Shown: positions 27,418-41,050 of the stretch, one piece after another | Numbering within the stretch: the first letter of the stretch is position 1 | How the letters are laid out: each line of letters opens with the position of its first letter | Origin: Octopus vulgaris | Lineage: Eukaryota | Assembly (NCBI GenBank): GCA_951406725.2 | Contig: OX597814.1 | Location: forward strand, 137,826,001-137,890,000 | Direction: 5' to 3' | DNA: 64,000 nucleotides | Position numbers and translations under genes: made by a program | The notes under the pieces: model-generated | The model's input: only the letters and a program-made list of their open reading frames with translations | Database searches by the model: none | What the model was told of the DNA's origin: nothing

Positions 27418-27818
27418 CAGGTCAGGATTAAGATCCACAGAGGCCTTTAAGCGCCTAGAAGATTTTTGTGTCCCCACATATATGCAATTCAAAATATAAA
27501 CACTAATAAACCATAAAATAAATTTCTATTTTTCAAAATGAAGCAAAACTAACGGTGTTTATTTTTGCATACTTGCATTTTGAAAATTTTTTTCTTCTTT
27601 TTTTAATTGCAAAATCTTGGACCAGATCTTAAAAATTAATCTTACGTAACACGTCTAATTCTATACATAGTAGCGATGAGACATCCTAAATATTATTTTG
27701 GTAAGTTTAAAGTGACTTCTGTTGGGCCGTAAACTATTTGCCATTTCTGTGGTGCCTACTCTCTTCCCTTGATGCCCTCAGCACGTGCATATTTTGCTTA
27801 ATGGTTAATTCAGCGTTG
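27418..27818 (+). mobile_element. hAT-like MITE; a second copy in minus orientation (~24370-24443 plus 26910-26972) hosts the mariner element
   Basis: Imperfect termini CAGG..GGATTAA / TTAATTCAGCGTTG; 26912-26972 and 24370-24440 are reverse-complement matches to 27420-27530. Confidence 0.55.
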
Positions 27819-28421
27819 CCTGCCAATCAAATGGTTTGATCTGAGACCGCGAGTTGGAACTAAAATTACAGCGTGGAAGACATAAGCCATTCATAAAATA
27901 CACCAAAGACAGAGATTCTTTGCGCTTGAAGAGTATTTAAATAATGCAGAGTAGTACACTTAATGTGGTGTTCAGTGTCCAAGAATATTTAATCAATAGA
28001 AATTAGAATTGCCACGAAAAGTTATTAAGCGTTGTTGATAGATCTTGTCAGGGTAGAGAACTCCGAAATTCAAATTGTTTTAACATTAAATGATTGCCAG
28101 AAAGAAGTGATGTCATGGAAGTTGAATACAAAGAAATATCAATAAAAAAATGCATCTGCCTATAATATTGTTGCTTTGAGTCTAAGAGCTTATGAAGTGG
28201 GAGATTATCCGGATTATCAAGGGATTTTAGACAACTGATTGTACAAGACTTCCTCACCTCCAGCCACTGAATCGGACGTATTTCGTCATTGAGAAAGAAA
28301 TGTGTGGCGACAGTAAAGTGTAGGGGAGAGGAAAATACGTCTATTTTTTAAATTTAGGTATTTATGTCTGTGAGTGCGAATGTATTAGCGAGTGTGGTGG
28401 TGGTGGTGGTGGTGGTATGTA

Positions 28422-28468
<47 letters not shown>

Positions 28469-28550
28469 AAGAAAGAGAGAGAGAGAGAGACAGTGTGTGC
28501 GCGCGTGTGGGAAGAGTTGAAGTGAAACAAAATTTTTAAAAATTGGAACT

Positions 28551-28648
<98 letters not shown>

Positions 28649-29006
28649 AAGATGAAAGAAAAGAGGGAAACATAAAGCTATTAAATATTCTCTATGAAGA
28701 GGTTATGATGAGAAAGCTGTCTGGAATCAGCAATATCGGTGTGGTTGGTGCTATTCTTGAAAAAACATATGGATCGAAAGGGAACACCAGGGAAATTCCT
28801 TTTCGTCGCTAATAATGAATTCTTGCTTGGCTTGCCGGCTAAATGCGATAACACTGACCTTTCAGTGATGGTTTAACTATATCACCTACCATCCGATGCT
28901 CAGTTGGAATATGGTGCTAGTGGACAGTTGCTACTGATGAAGAAGAAAGAAGCAGAAATTCAGATCTAGCTATGCCACCGCCGCTGCTGGGATCTTTGCA
29001 TGCTGC

Positions 29007-29082
<76 letters not shown>

Positions 29083-29297
29083 TATATATATATGTAACGA
29101 TGCAGTGATCGAATCCACTTCATGCTTGCAAGATTCACTTCATATATATAACACTAGCATCTAAAAGAGGTGCTTTCTGAAGTCGAATACCATCGTTTAC
29201 AGACTTTCAGCAGTATGTATACACATTAAGTATATATACAGGTCACTTATTTGAACTAATACTGCTTCCGATGCTGATAATGAATTTTATTTTATTT

Positions 29298-29520
29298 GTT
29301 ACCCTGCACGCGTAAGTGAAAGCAGGGTATTGTAATCACTCGTCTTTCTCTGTTTGTCTGTGTGTTTACAAAATTACTGGAAAACTGCGGAACGGATGTT
29401 CACCACATTTGGCTGAAATACTCATTGGGAGAGTGACTCAAAATGATAAACATTTGGTTTGATTATCTTAAAAAAAAAACAAAAAACAATTGAACTTAGA
29501 AATTTTCCGATAAGTGGTCA
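29298..29520 (+). mobile_element. Helentron/HINE-like non-autonomous element, 5' part
   Basis: Subterminal hairpin TACCCTGC...GCAGGGTA followed by a TCTGTTTGTCTGTG microsatellite. Confidence 0.4.
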
Positions 29521-30305
29521 TATCATTTTGTTCACTCTCCTTTTCATATAAACCGCCCCTTGTCTGCATAGATTAGGGCGTACCTATGCGCGTAGACACG
29601 TATGCGTACATACATACATACATACATACATACATACATACATACATACATACATGCATACATGCATACATGCATACATACATACATACATACATACATA
29701 CGTACATACATACATACATACATACATACATACATACATACATACATACATACATTCATAGATATGCGACTGTGTGTGTGTGTGTGCACACTGATGGAGA
29801 TGAGGGTTTCGTTTATTTACAAGTTGATGTCTTAATTTCACCAGAGTATAAATAGCTATAATGGTGATACTTAAAAACAAATTAATTCAGTTTAATTAAA
29901 ACGCATGAGTAAGCCACGCATTGTAAGCTACAGTGTAATTTGCGAAAAAATTTATGTGCGCGCTGGGTATGCATCGCCTCTCTAATGCCTTTTTTTTTTC
30001 ATTTATTTATATTTTTGTTTTAGAGAAGGTGGGTTGTGCACAGTGGGTATCGCAGGTTCTGGTTGTGGGTAAACCAATATGAGTGACGACCACTGGGGAG
30101 GCATGAGTAGATGTTTCAAGAAATCAGTCAGTTCTGAGGCCATTGAAGAAGTGATAGAAAAGAAGAACAAAGAGAATGAACATCTGTGAGGACGAGGTTT
30201 GAATGTATTGGTAAGTAACATCATGATAATCAACCAGGTGGTCTTTTGGGGGTGGTCTATGATGTCCATCTTTGGGTCAGAAGCATTGACCCACGTGTGA
30301 GACCA

Positions 30306-30516
30306 GAGAGAACTCTGAAATTCACATTGATTAAACTTAAAGAAGGCATCCTGCTGTGAGCGAGTCTGAGTGTTAATTCCTGTGGTGGCCTGTTTCGGTA
30401 TGATTAGAGACCCTCTACTCATACCGAAACATGCTCGAAGTTGTCACCACAGGAATTAGCACTCAGACTCGCTCACAGCAGGATGCGTTCTTTAAGTTTA
30501 ATCAATGAGTTCTCTC
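30306..30516. repeat. ~210-bp imperfect hairpin (palindromic element)
   Basis: CATTGATTAAACTTAAAGAAGGCATCCTGCTGTGAGCGAGTCTGAGTG pairs with CACTCAGACTCGCTCACAGCAGGATGCGTTCTTTAAGTTTAATCAATG; inner GTTTCGGTATGA / TCATACCGAAAC. Confidence 0.9.
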
Positions 30517-30927
30517 CTATGCTGTTCTTGACAACAACGGTCACTAACGCCAATGACTTTTCTTTTGGTTACAAGTGTAAGTTCATAATTTAAGAATAAT
30601 ATTCTTATTCACTCATTCACCGCATTAAGTAGGTCGCTCCGCAGTTGATTAAATACTTTTCAAGCTGAAAGAGCAGTGCTTTTATTTTTACGCTCAAATG
30701 CTTCTGCTTTCTTTGACTACAACATAGATTAGTAACAACTGGTTTGACTACAACATAGATTATTAGGCACAGGAGTGGCTGTGTGATAAGTACCTTCCTT
30801 ACCAACTACATGGTTCCGGGTTCAGTCCCACTGTGTGGAACCTTGGGCAAGTGTATTCTACTATAGCCTCGGGCCGACCAAAGTCTTGTGAGCGGATTTG
30901 GTATACGGAAACCGAAAGAAAACCGTC

Positions 30928-30979
<52 letters not shown>

Positions 30980-31073
30980 ATAAATATTAGGGAATAAATC
31001 CAAATTTACAGGGAAAAAATCAGATTTAGGATTAAATCCAATTTTATAGTAAAATATTATAAAATATAATCGC

Positions 31074-31550
31074 TCCTTACGATTGTGAGCTGAACACTCC
31101 TGACCATGAAGCCTTCATACAGGCTTAAAACGGCCGACATAAAAATACTGTTCTCTTAAAAGCGTTGCCTCATTTAGTTACTCTACAGGTATTTCATTAA
31201 ACTTTTATCCTGTAGGGAAGATCCAAATTTGTTCAGTACTAGATGGTCCTACACTGAACGACCACCACCTACTATGACCCCAAGGCATCATCTCTTTAAT
31301 TCTTTCATTCGTTTCAATCATTGGACTGTGGCCATGCTGGGGCATCCCATGGGAGGGATTAGTCAATCAAATCGATCCCAGTGTTCGTTTTTCTTTCTTT
31401 TATTTCAGTACATTTTCTATCGTTTTTTTTCCTGAACCGCTAAGTTACAGACATTAAAAACCCAACATTATTCAAGCGGTGGGGGAATGGACAAATGTAT
31501 ACGTGTACATTTATATCTATCTAATGTATATCTATGCGTATGCGTGCGTG

Positions 31551-31603
<53 letters not shown>

Positions 31604-32650
31604 ACCTTTGTTCAAGGTGTCGTGCAGTAGTACCGAACCTAAAGCCATGTGGTTCCGAAGCAAATTTCTTTAACCACACAGCTACGTCTGCATCTAGTCA
31701 CAGCCATACTTGCTTATGTAGTAATGGTTTCAAATTTTGGCACAAGGCCAGCATTTCTGGAGGCGTGAGTAAGTCGATTACATCGACCCCAGTTTTAGAC
31801 TGGTACATATTTTTTCGACTTGGAAACGATGAACGGCAAGGTCGACCTCGGTGGGATTTGAACTCAAAACAACGACGGATAAAATGCCGCTTAAGCATTT
31901 TGCCGGGCGTGCTAGCGATTCTCTCAGCTCGCTTATGTATTCTTTTCTACTCTAGGCACAAGGCCTGAAATTTTTGGGGAGGGGGCCAGTCGATTAGATC
32001 GACTCCAGTACGCAACTGGTGCTTAATTTACCAGCCCCGAAAGGATGAAAGGCAAAGTCGACCTCGGCGGAATTTGAACTCAGAATGTAAAGATAGACGG
32101 AATACTTATTTGTTTATTATCCACAAGGGGCTAAACATAGAGGGGACAGACACACGGATTAAGTTGATTACATCAACCACAGTGCGTAACTGGTACTTAA
32201 TTTATCGACTCCGAAAGGATGAAAGGCAAAGTCAACCTCGGCGGAATTTGAACTCAGAACGTAACGGCAGACGAAATACCTATTTCTTTACTACACACAA
32301 GGGGCTAAACATAGAGAGGACAAACAAGGACAGACAAACAGATTAAGTCGATTGTATCGACTCCAGTGCGTAACTGGTACTTAATTTATCGACCCCGAAA
32401 GGATGAAAGGCAAAGTCAACCTCGGCGGAATTTGAACTCAGATCGTAGCGGCAGACGAAATACCGCTAAGCATTTCGCCCGGCGCGCTAACGTTTCTGCA
32501 AGCTTGCCGCCTTTTCTCAGCTCGCTTATGTAATAATAGTGCAATATTGCTTCATTTTTAAAGTAGTTTGCAGCAAGCTTGTAATAATAGCAGTTATGGT
32601 GCTGATAGTAGTAGTAGGAGCAACAATGCCAACAGTGCTGTAATAAAATA
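31074..32650 (+). repeat. Direct duplicate of 34775-36349 (~1.58 kb)
   Basis: Near-identical sequence; identical ORF translations at 31229/34930 and 31698/35397. Confidence 0.95.
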
Positions 32651-33894
32651 TACACCAAACATATGTTAAGTTTGGTGTATATGTTGAGGCTTATATGTAC
32701 TTGTGGGTGTGTGTGAGTGGGGTGGGTGTTTGTATTTGTTATGGGTGTGTGGTTTACGTGTGTGTATTTGTGTATGAATGTATAGGTTAAAGGGATTGCT
32801 ATATAAGTATGTTATAGTGTTTAGTAAAGGGAGGTTTTATCATTTATGTTTTGTGAGTTTTAGCATATCATGGTAGTTTTATAAAAGAATCCATTCATAA
32901 TTTTTGTGTTTATTTGTCTGTGTGGGGTTGAGTGGGTTTTTGGAGTATATGTTGAGGTTTATATGTATGTATAGGTATGTGTAAGTGGTGTGGGTATTTG
33001 TATATGTCGTGGGTGTGTGGTTTATGTGTGTGTATTTGTGTGTGAATGTTTAGGTTAGGGGGATTGCTATATAGGTATGTTATAGAGTTTAGTAAAGGGA
33101 GATTTTATCATTATATGTTTTTATGAGTTTTGGTTTATCATGGTAGGTTTGTTAAGGAATTCGTAGTAATTTGTGTCTATTTGCGATGTCTGTTGTTTTA
33201 TTGCATTGTTTCATTCATAATTTTTAAGTAGTGTTCGTTTTACCAAGTGAATATAATTTTTAATTCCATTTATTCCATTTCTCCGTTCATAATTTTAAGT
33301 GATGTCCGTTTTCTAGAGCGTGAATGTGGGTTGTATGTGTGTGTGTGTGGGAGTATGAATAAGTATTGTGTTGAAGTATTTAGCTATTTTATTTTTTTAT
33401 AGTTGCCTAGACGTTTTTATGTGTATGTATAGGGATATATATATAGGTGTGTGATTTAGTGTATGTAGTTAGATATGGTTATATATAATTAGGTATATGT
33501 GTATGGGTGTATATATAGTTTATTATTATATTATTATTATTTTTTTGTTTTGTTTTATATTTTATATTTTATATTTTATATTTTATATTTAATTGTTGAT
33601 AGGTTTATTTTAGTTTATATATTGTTTATATATTGATTATATATGGATTATATATAGGTTATATATGGATTATATATTTATATTTTTTCATTCATACTTT
33701 AATTATTTTAAAATTATTATTTTTATATTTTAAAATATTGATATTTTAGATTGGAAGTCCACCTGAAGATTGTCGATCAAGACAAGAAACAATTGTAGTG
33801 GCGGTTTTTTTGACTATTTATTAAAATTTTATGTATTGATTAAGTCTTTCCTTGTTTGTTTTGCAAAATAGTAGTTTTGTCTCTAATAATATTT

Positions 33895-33895
<1 letters not shown>
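32651..33895 (+). mobile_element. C-poor, G/T-rich non-coding element with an internal ~270-bp tandem duplication and a 3' hammerhead (Penelope-pLTR/retrozyme-like)
   Basis: Units starting TATATGTTGAGG at ~32678 and ~32947; hammerhead at 33759; ends in (TA)n. Confidence 0.55.
33759..33801 (+). ncRNA. Minimal type I hammerhead ribozyme
   Basis: CCAC-CTGAAGA-TTGTC(GATCAA)GACAA-GAAA-CAATTG-TA-GTGG: intact core, stems I and II, palindromic stem III, GUA cleavage triplet. Confidence 0.85.
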
Positions 33896-33957
<62 letters not shown>

Positions 33958-35251
33958 TTGTGTGTCTGTATTTGTCCCCCCAACATCGCTTGACAACCGA
34001 TGCTGGTGTGTTTACGTCCCCGTAAATTAGCGGTTCGGCAAAAGAGACCGATAGAATAAGTACTAGGCTTCCAAAGAATAAGTCCTGGGGTCGATTTGAT
34101 CGACTCAAGGCAGTGCTCCAGCATGGCCGCTGTCAAATGACTGAAGCAAGTAAAAGAGTAACAATTGTAAGGCAGGTTTTTTAATTGGGCAGAGGTTGTT
34201 GGTGGTGGTGGAGGCACTTTTCTTACATTAACAAAAGCACCTGTTTCTGGTTTGTCACCAAACACAACTAGATTTCCGAATTTTAAAAAAAATTGCGTGG
34301 GAGACACAAAAACATAAAGAATAAGGTTTGGGAAATTTAAATGATTAAATCCAAGCTAACACTAAATAAGTGCTCGAAGATCCAGTACTAACTCATGGTA
34401 GTTATTACGTATAAGCGATTGTATTTCAGTGGTGTAGCCTGAGTGCGAGCAGCCCGTGCAGCTCTTGAATTTGCAGCCCCTTCAGGGTCTCCAAGCTTAT
34501 ACAGCCTTATAACTGGCACTCCGTCGGTTACAACGATGAGTTCCAGTTGATCCGATCAATGGAACAGCCAACTCGTGAGATTAGAGAGCAGGTGGTTGAG
34601 CACTCCTCAGACACGCGTTCTCTTAACGCAGCTCTCTGAAAGATTCAGAGTAACACAGAATGTGACAAGGTACACAGGGGTACTACTTATTTTTGCCAGC
34701 TGAGTGGACTGATGCAACGTGAAATAAAGGGTCTTGCCTGAGGACACAATGTACGGCCGGGTATCGAGCGCACGTCCTTACGATTGTGAGCTGAACACTC
34801 CTGACCATGAAGCCTTCATACAGGCTTAAAACGGCCGACATAAAAATACTGTTCTCTTAAAAGCGTTGCCTCATTTAGTTACTCTACAGGTATTTCATTA
34901 AACTTTTATCCTGTAGGGAAGGTCCAAATTTGTTCAGTACTAGATGGTCCTACACTGAACGACCACCACCTACTATGACTCCAAGGCATCATCTCTTTAA
35001 TTCCTTCATTCGTTTCAATCATTGGACTGTGGCCATGCTGGGGCATCCCATGGGAGGGATTAGTCAATCAAATCGATCCCAGTGTTCGTTTTTCTTTCTT
35101 TTATTTCAGTACATTTTCTATCGTTTTTTTTCCTGAACCGCTAAGTTACAGACATTAAAAACCCAACATTATTCAAGCGGTGGGGGAATGGACAAATGTA
35201 TACGTGTACATTTATATCTATCTAATGTATATCTATGCGTATGCGTGCGTG

Positions 35252-35302
<51 letters not shown>

Positions 35303-37891
35303 ACCTTTGTTCAAGGTGTCGTGCAGTAGTACCGAACCTAAAGCCATGTGGTTCCGAAGCAAATTTCTTTAACCACACAGCTACGTCTGCATCTAGTCAC
35401 AGCCATACTTGCTTATGTAGTAATGGTTTCAAATTTTGGCACAAGGCCAGCATTTCTGGAGGCGTGAGTAAGTCGATTACATCGACCCCAGTTTTAGACT
35501 GGTACATATTTTTTCGACTTGGAAACGATGAACGGCAAGGTCGACCTCGGTGGGATTTGAACTCAAAACAACGACGGATAAAATGCCGCTTAAGCATTTT
35601 GCCGGGCGTGCTAGCGATTCTCTCAGCTCGCTTATGTATTCTTTTCTACTCTAGGCACAAGGCCTGAAATTTTTGGGGAGGGGGCCAGTCGATCAGATCG
35701 ACTCCAGTACGCAACTGGTGCTTAATTTACCAGCCCCGAAAGGATGAAAGGCAAAGTCGACCTCGGCGGAATTTCAACTCAGAATGTAAAGATAGACGGA
35801 ATACTTATTTGTTTATTATCCACAAGGGGCTAAACATAGAGGGGACAGACACACGGATTAAGTTGATTACATCAACCCCAGTGCGTAACTGGTACTTAAT
35901 TTATCGACTCCGAAAGGATGAAAGGCAAAGTCAACCTCGGCGGAATTTGAACTCAGAACGTAACGGCAGACGAAATACCTATTTCTTTACTACACACAAG
36001 GGGCTAAACATAGAGAGGACAAACAAGGACAGACAAACAGATTAAGTCGATTGTATCGACTCCAGTGCGTAACTGGTACTTAATTTATCGACCCCGAAAG
36101 GATGAAAGGCAAAGTCAACCTCGGCGGAATTTGAACTCAGATCGTAGCGGCAGACGAAATACCGCTAAGCATTTCGCCCGGCGCGCTAACGTTTCTGCAA
36201 GCTTGCCGCCTTTTCTCAGCTCGCTTATGTAATAATAGTGCAATATTGCTTCATTTTTAAAGTAGTTTGCAGCAAGCTTGTAATAATAGCAGTTATGGTG
36301 CTGATAGTAGTAGTAGGAGCAACAATGCCAACAGTGCTGTAATAAAATAACATCCTTGATATGACATTATATATATGTGTATGTGTGTGTGTTTGTGCGT
36401 GTGTGTTTGTGTGGTTGTGTATGTGTGTGTGTTTGTGCGTGTGTGTTTGTGCAGGAGTGTGACGAAAGAACTCTGGCCGAAATAAGATTAAGATTAATGT
36501 AAAAAATAAATAACACTGAAGCAAAATAACACCAAATATATAGTGCGTGTGTTTTTATTGGCTAAACTGGCAATATGACCATTCCGAAATATAACAATAT
36601 CTGTTTCAACACACGACTTCACATAAGAATTCTTGCACAAGAAATATTTAAACGTACTATATATATATATGATGGGATTCTTTCAGCCTCCGTCTACTAA
36701 ATCCACACACAAGGTTTTGATGGACCAGAGGCTATAATAGAAGACATTAGCCCAAGGTATCAGTGGGACTGAACCTGGAACCATGTGGTTGGGAAGCAAG
36801 CTTCTTACTACACAGTCACGCCTGCGCTAAAACTATTCAGTTGAGAGATTAGGAACTTGGAAACATCTTGTTTGTGCAAATATTATCATTCGAAAGATCC
36901 TCATAAAGGACGGCAATGGATTTCGGGGGGCATCAGGAGAGAATGTGGACCGTTTTGGAGCCTTCCTCTTGATGACTTTACAACGCATCGACTCCGTTCA
37001 CTGATATGAGTCTTAGTCAACTGGATCGATGGACTAGTATTAGAACTTGGGTGCTTCATCTCAGGATTATCACCACCATTCAAACTGGGAGTCATGCAGG
37101 TCTGTCTTACCATACAGGCGAACAGGCACCTACCTCACATCTATGCAGTACGTCTTGAACCAGATTTTTTTAAAAAACAAACTATTATGATGGAAGAAAT
37201 CTTTATCGTAATCTAAAGGGAAAATACTCTTCAAGTATTGATGAACATTAATGTGTCTGAAGTTATATTTCTGTAGCTTTATAATTACTTCCCTTTGAAA
37301 AATATCAGGTCGCTTATTAAATGAGCGAAATATTCTTTTCTACTCGAGGCACAAGGCCCGAAATTTTGGGGGAGGGGCCAGTCAATTAGATCAACCAGTA
37401 CGCAACTGGTACTTAATTTGTTGACCCCGAAAGAATAAAAGGCAAAGTCGACCTCGGCGGAATTTGAACTCAGAACGTAAAAAATGAGCCAAATATGAAC
37501 AGTAATTGGTGTGGTCGAAAAATGCTAACGAAATCCAACCAATATTTGAAAATCTTCAGTGTACTTGTACTCGTTCGCCCATTTCGAAAGTTCATTGACA
37601 GAGAAGGAAGAGCACACGACTATTTCGGAGAATTTATTTATTCGTTTCGGTGATTTAAGAGGGACAAAATAATTTTGTACGTTCCACTTTTGATCGTTTT
37701 ATTTTAATTGTTGCTGCTTTCATGTAAAATTGCCATGTGCGCGCGCGCATGCGTGTGTGTGTGTGTGTGTGTGTGTGTGGTGAGATATGTACGCGGTGTG
37801 TGCATGCATGTATGTGTATGTATGTGCATGTGTATGTATATATATATATATATATATACTCACACATACATACAAACACACACACACACAC

Positions 37892-37929
<38 letters not shown>

Positions 37930-38155
37930 AGGCGCAATGGCCCAATGGTGAGGGCAGCGGGCTCGTGGTCAGAGGATCGCGGTTTCGATTCCCAGACCAG
38001 GCGTTGTGAGTGTTTATTGAGCGAAAACACCTAAAGCTCCACGAGGCTCCGGTGGTGGAGAACCCTCGTCGTCGTAACCGACGTAGTGCCACAATATACA
38101 TATACATATATATATATACACACACACACACATACACACGCGCGCGCAACGCACG

Positions 38156-38159
<4 letters not shown>

Positions 38160-38188
<29 letters not shown>

Positions 38189-39650
38189 GCACAAACACAC
38201 ACATACACATATATATAACGTCATATCAAGGATGTTATTTTATTACAGCACTGTTGGCATTGTTGCTACTACTACTACTATCACCACCATAACTGCTATT
38301 ATTACAAACTTGCTGCAAACTACTTTAAAAATGAAGCAATATTGCACTATTATTACATAAGCGAGCTGAGAAAAGGCGGCAAGCTTGCAGAAACGTTAGC
38401 GCGCCGGGCGAAATGCTTAGCGGTATTTCGTCTGCCGCTACGATCTGAGTTCAAATTCCGCCGAGGTCGACTTTGCCTTTCATCCTTTCAGGGTCGATAA
38501 ATTAAGTACCAGTTACGCACTGGAGTCGATACAATAGACTTAATCCGTTTGTCTGTTCTTTTTTGTCCTCTCTATGTTTAGCCCCTTGTGGATAGTAAAG
38601 AAATCGGTATTTCGTCTGCCGTTACGTTCTGAGTTCAAATTCCGCCGAGGTTGACTTTGCCTTTCATCCTTTCGGGGTCGATAAATTAAGTACCAGTTAC
38701 GCACTGGAGTCGATACAATCGACTTAATCTGTTTGTCTGTTCTTGTTTGTCCTCTCTATGTTTAGCCCCTTGTGGATAGTAAAGAAATCGGTATTTCGTC
38801 TGCCGTTACGTTCTGAGTTCAAATTCCGCCGAGGTTGACTTTGCCTTTCATCCTTTCGAGGTCGATAAATTAAGTACCAGTTACGCACTGGAGTCGATAC
38901 AATAGACTTAATCCGTTTGTCTGTTCTTGTTTGTCCTCTGTGTGTTTAGCCCCTTGTGGGTAGTAAAGAAATCGGTATTTCGTCTGCCGTTACGTTCTGA
39001 GTTCAAATTCCGCCGAGATCGACTTTGCCTTTCATCCTTTCGGAGTCGATAAATTAAGTGCCAGTTACGCACTGGGGTTGATGTAATCGGCTTAATCCGT
39101 GTGTCTGTCCCCTTTATGTTTAGCTCCTTGTGGGTAATAAACAAATAAGTATTCCGTCTATCTTTACGTTCTGAGTTCAAATTCCGCCGAGGTCGACTTT
39201 GCCTTTCATCCTTTCGGGGCTGGTAAATTAAGCACCAGTTGCGTACTGGAGTCGATCTGATCGACTGGCCCCCTCCCCAAAAATTTCAGGCCTTGTGCCT
39301 AGAGTAGAAAAGAATACATAAGCGAGCTGAGAGAATCGCTAGCACGCCCGGCAAAATGCTTAAGCGGCATTTTATCCGTCGTTGTTTTGAGTTCAAATCC
39401 CACCGAGGTCGACCTTGCCGTTCATCGTTTCCAAGTCGAAAAAATATGTACCAGTCTAAAACTGGGGTCGATGTAATCGACTTACTCACGCCTCCAGAAA
39501 TGCTGGCCTTGTGCCAAAATTTGAAACCATTACTACATAAGCAAGTATGGCTGTGACTAGATGCAGACGTAGCTGTGTGGTTAAAGAAATTTGCTTCGGA
39601 ACCACATGGCTTTAGGTTCGGTACTACTGCACGACACCTTGAACAAAGGT

Positions 39651-39700
<50 letters not shown>

Positions 39701-40971
39701 GCATGCACGTATACGCATAGATATACATTAGATAGATATAAATGTACACGTATACATTTGTCCATTCCCCCACCGCTTGAATTATGTTGGGTTTTTAATG
39801 TCTGTAACTTAGCGGTTCAGGAAAAAAAACGATAGAAAATGTACTGAAATAAAAGAAAGAAAAACGAACACTGGGATCGATTTGATTGACTAATCCCTCC
39901 CATGGGATGCCCCATCATGGCCACAATCCAATGATTGAAACGAATGAAAGAATTAAAGAGATGATGCCTTGGGGTCATAGTAGGTGGTGGTCGTGCGAAC
40001 AAATTTGGACCTTCCCTACAGGATAAAAGTTTAATGAAATACCTGTAGAGTAACTGATGAGGGTACGCTTTTATGAGAACAGTATTTTTATGTCGGCCGT
40101 TTTAAGCCTGTATGAAGGCTTAATGGTCAGGAGTGTTCAGCTCACAATCGTAAGGACGTGCGCTCGATACCCGGCCGTACATTGTGTCCTCAGGCAAGAC
40201 CCTTTATTCACGTTGCATCAGTCCACTCAGCTGGCAAAAATAATTAGTACCCCTGTGTACCTTGTCACATTTTGTGTTACTCTGAATCTTTCAGAGAGCT
40301 GCGTTAAGAGTGCGCGTGTCTGAGGAGTGCTCAACCACCTGCTCGCTAATCTCACGCGTTGGCTGTTCCATTGATTGGATCAACTGGAACTCATCGTTGT
40401 AACCGACGGAGTGCCAGTTATAAGGCTGTATAAGCTTGGAGACCCTGAAGGGGCTGCAAATTCAAGAGCTGCACGGGCTGTTCGCACTCAGGCTACACCA
40501 CTGAAATACAATCGCTTATACGTAATAACTACCATGAGTTAGTACTGGATCTTCGAGCACTTATTTAGTGTTAGCTTGGATTTAATCATTTAAATTTCCC
40601 AAACCTTATTCTTTATGTTTTTGTGTCTCCCACGCAATTTTTTTTTAATTCGGAAATCTAGTTGTGTTTGGTGACAAACCAGAAACAGGTGTTTTTGTTA
40701 ATGTAAGAAAAGTGCCTCCACCACCACCAACAACCCCTGCCCAATAAAAAAAAAACCTGCCTTACAATTGTTACTCTTTTACTTGTTTCAGTCATTTGAC
40801 AGCGGCCATGCTGGAGCACCGCCTTGAGTCGAGCAATTCGACCCCAGGACTTATTCTTTGGAAGCCTAGTACTTATTCTATCGGTCTCTTTTGCCGAACC
40901 GCTAATTTACGGGGACGTAAACACACCAGCATCGGTTGTCAAGCGATGTTGGGGGGACAAACACAGACACA

Positions 40972-41050
<79 letters not shown>

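Larger units (their letters stand above)
30770..34160 (+). mobile_element. SINE family B split at its internal (TA)n by a ~3-kb insertion
   Basis: 5' half at 30770-30930, 3' half at ~33905-34160; the paralogous copy at 40773-41207(-) is uninterrupted. Confidence 0.85.

Noticed and set aside
28930-28970. Hammerhead-like GCTA-CTGATGA...GAAA-TTCAGA-TC-TAGC
   Set aside because: The would-be stem II (AGAAGAAAGAAGCA) cannot base-pair; probably chance in purine-rich sequence
36900-37140. GC-richer island with a 70-aa ORF in the spacer of the inverted duplication
   Set aside because: No recognisable motif or splice signals; cannot be assigned
38375-39300. Regularly spaced repeats resembling a CRISPR array
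   Set aside because: Units are whole ~184-bp SINE copies with no unique spacers; no cas genes; eukaryotic context
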